A stretch of 64,000 nt of DNA from Phaeosaccion multiseriatum (lineage: Eukaryota; Protista; Ochrophyta, other classes), in NCBI GenBank assembly GCA_965112735.1, contig OZ218961.1, forward strand, positions 2,170,001-2,234,000, read 5' to 3'. The notes below the pieces were generated by a model. That model was not told where the DNA came from. It saw only the letters and a program-made list of their open reading frames with translations, and made no database searches. A program made the translations under genes and the position numbers. This document shows positions 58,901-64,000 of the stretch, one piece after another; position 1 is the first letter of the stretch, and the number at the start of each line of letters is the position of its first letter.

Positions 58901-61900
58901 ATGCATATGGGCATAAGCTTACGTAAGGACAGGTATATGTGAGTAGCATATGGGCATGATGCGGGCATAAGGTGATAGGGTTAGGGTACAGGGGCATAAA
59001 TGCAAACGGGTGTGAGCAGGGAGGCATACCGGCATATGGGCCGGGTTATAGTAAAGCAATGGGAAGGCAGCCTATGGGAAGACAGTTTCATGGCCATGGG
59101 TAGGCAGACCTCGCCGCCGACACATACCAGCTCATTGATGTTTGCCTCTGGGGTGATGTCTCCATACCCCACCGTAGTCATCGTTGTGAAGGCCCAGTAC
59201 ACGGAGGATAGATAGCGTGCTCCGATCCCCTCCTCATTGAGGCACGAGTAGTGGGTGTCGTCATACACACAGTACTTCTCCATCCAGGAGCCATCTGTGA
59301 ATTCAATCGCCAATGTGGGTGTGCGCGTGAGCGTGGGTGTGCGTGTGTGTGTGCGTGTTTGTGTGCGTGCATGTGCATGTGTGAAGAAGGGTCAGTGTGA
59401 GTATCAGTGTGTCAGCCGCCGCCCCAGTGCCCTGTCTCTCACAGCTGGCGTATACAGCTGTACCCATCCTCCCCTCCCTCCCCTCCCCTCCCCTCCCCAT
59501 ATGTCTCTACCTGTGGAGCCGCTATTCGCGTTGCCAGTGGCGTACCACACACACGCGTTGAGGTGTGCCGCAAAGTACATGGTGATGACCAACTTGGTAA
59601 GCCGCAGGGTGGCTGTGCTGATTGGAATCACATCTTCAAAGCTTTCGAAGAACGTGCTGTTGGGCAGTTAGGGGAGGTAGGGATGGCGATGGGAGGGTGT
59701 GGTGAGTCAGTGGGTGGGTGGGTGGGAGGGAGGGAGGGAGATGCATACATCGAGGGAAAGCGAGCGAGAGAGAGAGAGGGAGAGGAGCGGTGGGAGAGGT
59801 GGTGGTGATGGTGATGGTGGTGATAGTGATGGTGATGGTGATGGTGGTGATGGTGGTGGTGGTGATGGCGATGGTGATGGCGATGGTGATGATGGTGGTC
59901 GCGGTAGGGGGGGGAGAGGGACATATGCTTTGAGTCATATGATGGGAAAAGCGCTTCTCTCCTGTGCTTGACCTCTCTCCGTACCATCCCCTGCCATCCA
60001 CCACCATCCAGCACCATCCACTGCCATCCTTTGCCATCCCCTGCCATCCACCACCAGCCACCACCATCCACTGCCATCCTTTGCCATCCCCGACCATTCC
60101 CATCTCCCCCCCCTCCTCGAAACCACCCCCATAAATACCCAATACCCGATACCCAACAAGACGCACCTCATCTTGAGGAGTCGAAAGATCTTGACAAGGC
60201 GAATGAGCTTGGTGGTGCGAATGAGCTTCGTGCTCCGCAGTGCTCCACTATTGCTCACCGCAGCCTTGAGCAACAGGTCCAAGGGCACCGTACTCATCAG
60301 GTCTACGAAGAACCAACCCTTTAAGTAAGACTTGGCGATTTTGGTCCTGGACGTGGCAAGGTCTCCCTCATCCATGTAGGAAGTGTTGAAGGAGAGGATC
60401 ATGTCTGCGAAGAAGATGCTGTTTTGGGGTGAGAAATGTGTAAGGTAGGTACGTAAGTGGGTGGATGGGTGGGTGGATGGGTGGGTGGGTGGGTGGGTCA
60501 GAGGCATATGGGATGGAGGGAAGGAAATATAGAGGCGTATGGGACGGGGGAGGGGAGTTGGTAAGAACTGTTGAAAGGAGCATGTCCAAGAAGAAGATGC
60601 TCTTGGGGGGGAGGGATGGCAGTAGATGCGTGGGAATTCTCTTGGGGGGGGGGGGATGGCAGTAGATGCGTGGGAGTCGTATGTCAGTATTTGGGTGGGT
60701 GGATGGGTGGGTGCGTGGGTGGGTGGGTGGGTCCGTATGTGCGTGGGTGGGTGGATGAATGGGATGGATAGGTTAAGACAGAGGGAAGCAAAAGAGAAAC
60801 ATATCCCTCCCCCCCCCCCCCCCCCCCGTATCACCAACGCACTAACCTGTCGATGATGCAGTCAACGACGAACCAAGCCCCCGTGGCGGACACATCAAAC
60901 CCAAGCCTGAAAGTGACCTCCACCACCGAGAACACGATGAGCATGGCGCTGCAGATGTCCCACACCGCCTTAGCGGTGCTCTCGGGATGAATGAGGAAGT
61001 GCTTAGCCCACAGCGCGGAGGGGGAGTGCCCTACCAGTTCGATCTTCCGGGCCTTGTCGAGGCGTTTGCCCTGTGTTAGCGGGGAGGGGGGGTGGAGGGA
61101 GGAGGGAGGAGGGAGGGGGGAGGAGAGAGGAGGGAGGAGGGAGGAGGGAGGAGGGAGGAGGGAGGAGGGAGGAGGGAGGAGGGAGGGAGGGAGGGAGGGA
61201 GGGAGGGAGGGAGGGAGGGAGGAAGGGCGGGAGGGAGGGAGGGAGGGAGGGAGGGAGGGAGGGAGGGAGGGAGGGAGGGAGGGAGGGAGGGAGGGAGGGA
61301 GGGAGGGAGGGAGGGAGGGAGGGAGGGAGGGAGGGAGGGAGGGAGGGAGGGAGGGAGGGAGGGAGGGAGGGAGGGAGGGAGGGAGGGAGGGAGGAGGGAG
61401 GAGGGAGGAGGGAGGAGGAGGGAGGCGGAGGGAGGAGGGAGGAGGGAGAAGGGTGGAGGGAGGAGGGAGGAGGGAGGAGGGAGGAGGGTTAGGGTCAGAC
61501 TAGCGCGACACCCTCCTTCATCCACCCCTCCACCCCCCTGCCCACCCATTGACATACTACGTCTACCCACCCACTGACATACTACACCCAACCCACCTGC
61601 TCTCTATCGATCCCGGTGGCCACAGCCCGAAGGAAGTGACTGCTTCCGTCCTCCACGACCGATCCCGAGTAACGACGGCTCAGATCTCGATTCCGAGTCG
61701 ACGGATCCCCGCTGCTGCTGGTGTCAGGACAACACCCCATCCGGGCGCTGCTGCCGGCTGTGGTGGTGCTATGGTCGTCGTCATCTGGGCCTTCTCCTCC
61801 TCCTCCTCCTCCTCCTCCTCCTCCTCCTCCTCCTCCTCCTCCTCCTCCTCCTCCTCCTCCTCCTTCTCTGCGATCACTGCTGGCGCCATCGACTGCCATC

Positions 61901-62595
61901 GTCGCCGTCCCCTTTTCTATACAGTCCTCTCCTCTTCGCTTTTCTTCTCCTCCTCCTCCTCCTCCTCCTCCTCCTCCTCCTCTTCCTCCTCCCCCCTTTC
62001 CTCTTGCTACTCCTCCCAGTCCTCCTCCTTCTCCCCCTCCTCCTCCTCCCCCTCCCCCTCCTCCTCCTCCACCACCATCACCACCACCTCCTCCCCCTCC
62101 TCCCTCTCCCCGCACTCCTCCTGCTGCCTCTCCTACTATCCCTACTATTGCTGTACCACCAACTTGTGCGGCAGCTGCTGTATTACCAACTGCTGCTGCG
62201 GCTGTTGTGGCTCCTGCGTCTCCTCCTAGCCCCCCTCCCCCGGCCCCGGCTGCCCCCTCCGCCCCCTCTCTCCCCTCGTGTTGACCCCCCCGCACCAAGA
62301 GGGAGCGAGGTGGTGCTGACGAATCCAAGGGAAGATGCGGTGAGTGAGCTTGCCCCTCGCCCTGTCCCCCGCCTTGCTGCCTCTCCCCATCCACTGCCAT
62401 CCTCCCCTCCTCCTCCTCCTCATCATCATCAAGGGCATCCGCCTCGGTGGGGAAGACTTTGTACTTGGTGCTTGCAAGAGACAAAAGACTCTCCTGGGGC
62501 AGCGCTCGCTTGGCAATCGCCAGCACTCTCTGGGGTTGGATGAGAGGCGTATGAGGGGATATATATATGCAATATATATATGTAATATATATATA

Positions 62596-62627
<32 letters not shown>

Positions 62628-63178
62628 GTGTGTGTATGAGGGAATAGAAGCACACGGGTGGGGAGGTAGAGGCGTAAGGGGGGGTAGACAGAGGCATATG
62701 GGCAGGGAGGGAGATGGGGTAGAGGGTAGAGACACATGGCAAGTGGGAGGGCTCTCGCGGCGACCACCCTATTGACATACTACACCCACCCCTTGACATA
62801 CTACACCCACCCCTTGACATACTACACCCACCCCTTGACATACTACACCCACCCCTTGACATACTACACCCACCCCTTGACATTTTACACCCACACATTG
62901 ACATACTACACCCACCCATTGACATACTACACCCACCCATTGACATACTACACCCACCCTTTGCCATACTACACCCACCCTTTGCCATACTACACCCACC
63001 CTTTGCCATACTACACCCACCTGGCCGCTGGCCTTTTGCATCGTGCGGAGGGAGCGCTTCTTGGGAAACCCCTTCTTGCCGCCACTGCTGCTTGGAGACG
63101 TGGTGATCCGAGTCGTCGCCTCTGTGACGCCCCTCTCCGCCGCTGCTGAAGCAAAAGCCGTCTTGCCCCCTCTTCCTC

Positions 63179-63216
<38 letters not shown>

Positions 63217-63629
63217 CCCTGTTGTCCCTGTACCACCAACTGCCGTACCACCAATGGCTGCCTCGCCCCCTGTCCCTGCTCCTGCCCCTCCTGTATCACC
63301 AACGGCCCCCCTCTCTCCGCGTCCGGTCCTGCAAATGGCACACTAAGCTCCGACTTAACCGCAACAGGCAGCATGGTGGGCATGCTCTTCTCCAACCCAT
63401 CGCCGCCATCTGTGACGACTCCATCGGTTGCCATCCCCATCCCCGTCCCCGTGGAGGAGTGGGTGTACAGGGATGTGTCTCCTGGCGGTGTGTGAGGGGG
63501 TGTACGTGTATACTGCTCCTCCTCGTCACCTCCTTCTTGAGGGGCTGTTGGATCTGTGGGCCCTGCGTACACGGACGGGGTGGTGTTATGCGGAGAGCAG
63601 CGGAGGGCAGAGTATCGAGGGGTTATCAT
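55818..63629 (-). CDS. Cyclic-nucleotide-binding-domain voltage-gated K+ channel (KCNH/EAG-like), multi-exon
   Basis: [14 protein letters not shown] (S1), [15 protein letters not shown] (S3), [23 protein letters not shown] (S4), [17 protein letters not shown] (pore), [11 protein letters not shown] (C-linker), [21 protein letters not shown] (CNBD). 5' end uncertain. Confidence 0.9.
57955..58112. repeat. 15-bp intronic minisatellite (GTGTCAGGACAGAGG)n; same unit at 36165-36260
   Basis: Tandem array shared between channel and E1 introns. Confidence 0.85.
62770..63020. repeat. 21-bp intronic minisatellite (TTGACATACTACACCCACCCC)n
   Basis: About 12 units starting at the 5' splice site of a channel intron. 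Confidence 0.9.
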
Positions 63630-63873
63630 TAGTGTCGAAGGGGTAATGTCGACATTTGGTTAAAAAGTCGAGACGTTCTAGTTGAAAAAGTAGAGACGTT
63701 CTAGGAGGTGGAAGTCGAGGGTTAGGACGGAGGGAGGGAGCACGACAAAAGAGGAGCACCCCTCCACACCTCCCCTTCACACCACTCATACACACACACC
63801 ACTCATACACACACTCAAACACACACACACACTCAAACACACACTCAAACACCCTCGCACACAAACATCCACA

Positions 63874-63938
<65 letters not shown>

Positions 63939-64000
63939 GAAACACACAAGAAACACACACAGAAGAACGTAATTCTCTCAGTTGATTCCCCCAAGTCAAC

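Noticed and set aside
40548-61591. Many long GREGGRE / PSLPPSL / THSL / VCVC ORFs
   Set aside because: These are translations of intronic microsatellites.

Overview
Intron-rich, GC-rich eukaryotic nuclear DNA, most likely from a photosynthetic stramenopile (inferred from gene content, not proven). Left to right: (1) a tandem duplication of an NLR-like NB-ARC-TPR gene. Copy 1 has an MLKL-like helical N-terminus and 7 TPRs; copy 2 is headless with 10 TPRs. Each copy is followed by pseudogenised pieces of an NAD-dependent DNA ligase (ligA), and copy 2 also by a decayed RING. (2) A two-exon carbohydrate sulfotransferase. (3) A ~9.8 kb DNA transposon with ~165 bp TIRs (13223-23061). It encodes a spliced KDZ/Zisupton-type transposase fused to a Ulp1 SUMO protease, plus a convergent unknown passenger gene, and sits between two divergent host genes. 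(4) An SRSF3/7-like SR protein with micro-exons. (5) An intronless FNIP-repeat gene. (6) A small membrane protein. (7) A large ubiquitin-activating E1 with a possible bipartite (SELMA-type) presequence. (8) A 7TM-RGS protein. (9) A KCNH/CNG-type K+ channel. Across the host genes, many introns have G-rich 5' halves and C-rich 3' halves built from a shared set of complementary short motifs, and two of these motifs also recur inside exons in several reading frames. Most frameshifts in the transposon and FNIP gene fall in G/C homopolymers and may be assembly errors. Gene models were read by eye; no searches were run.
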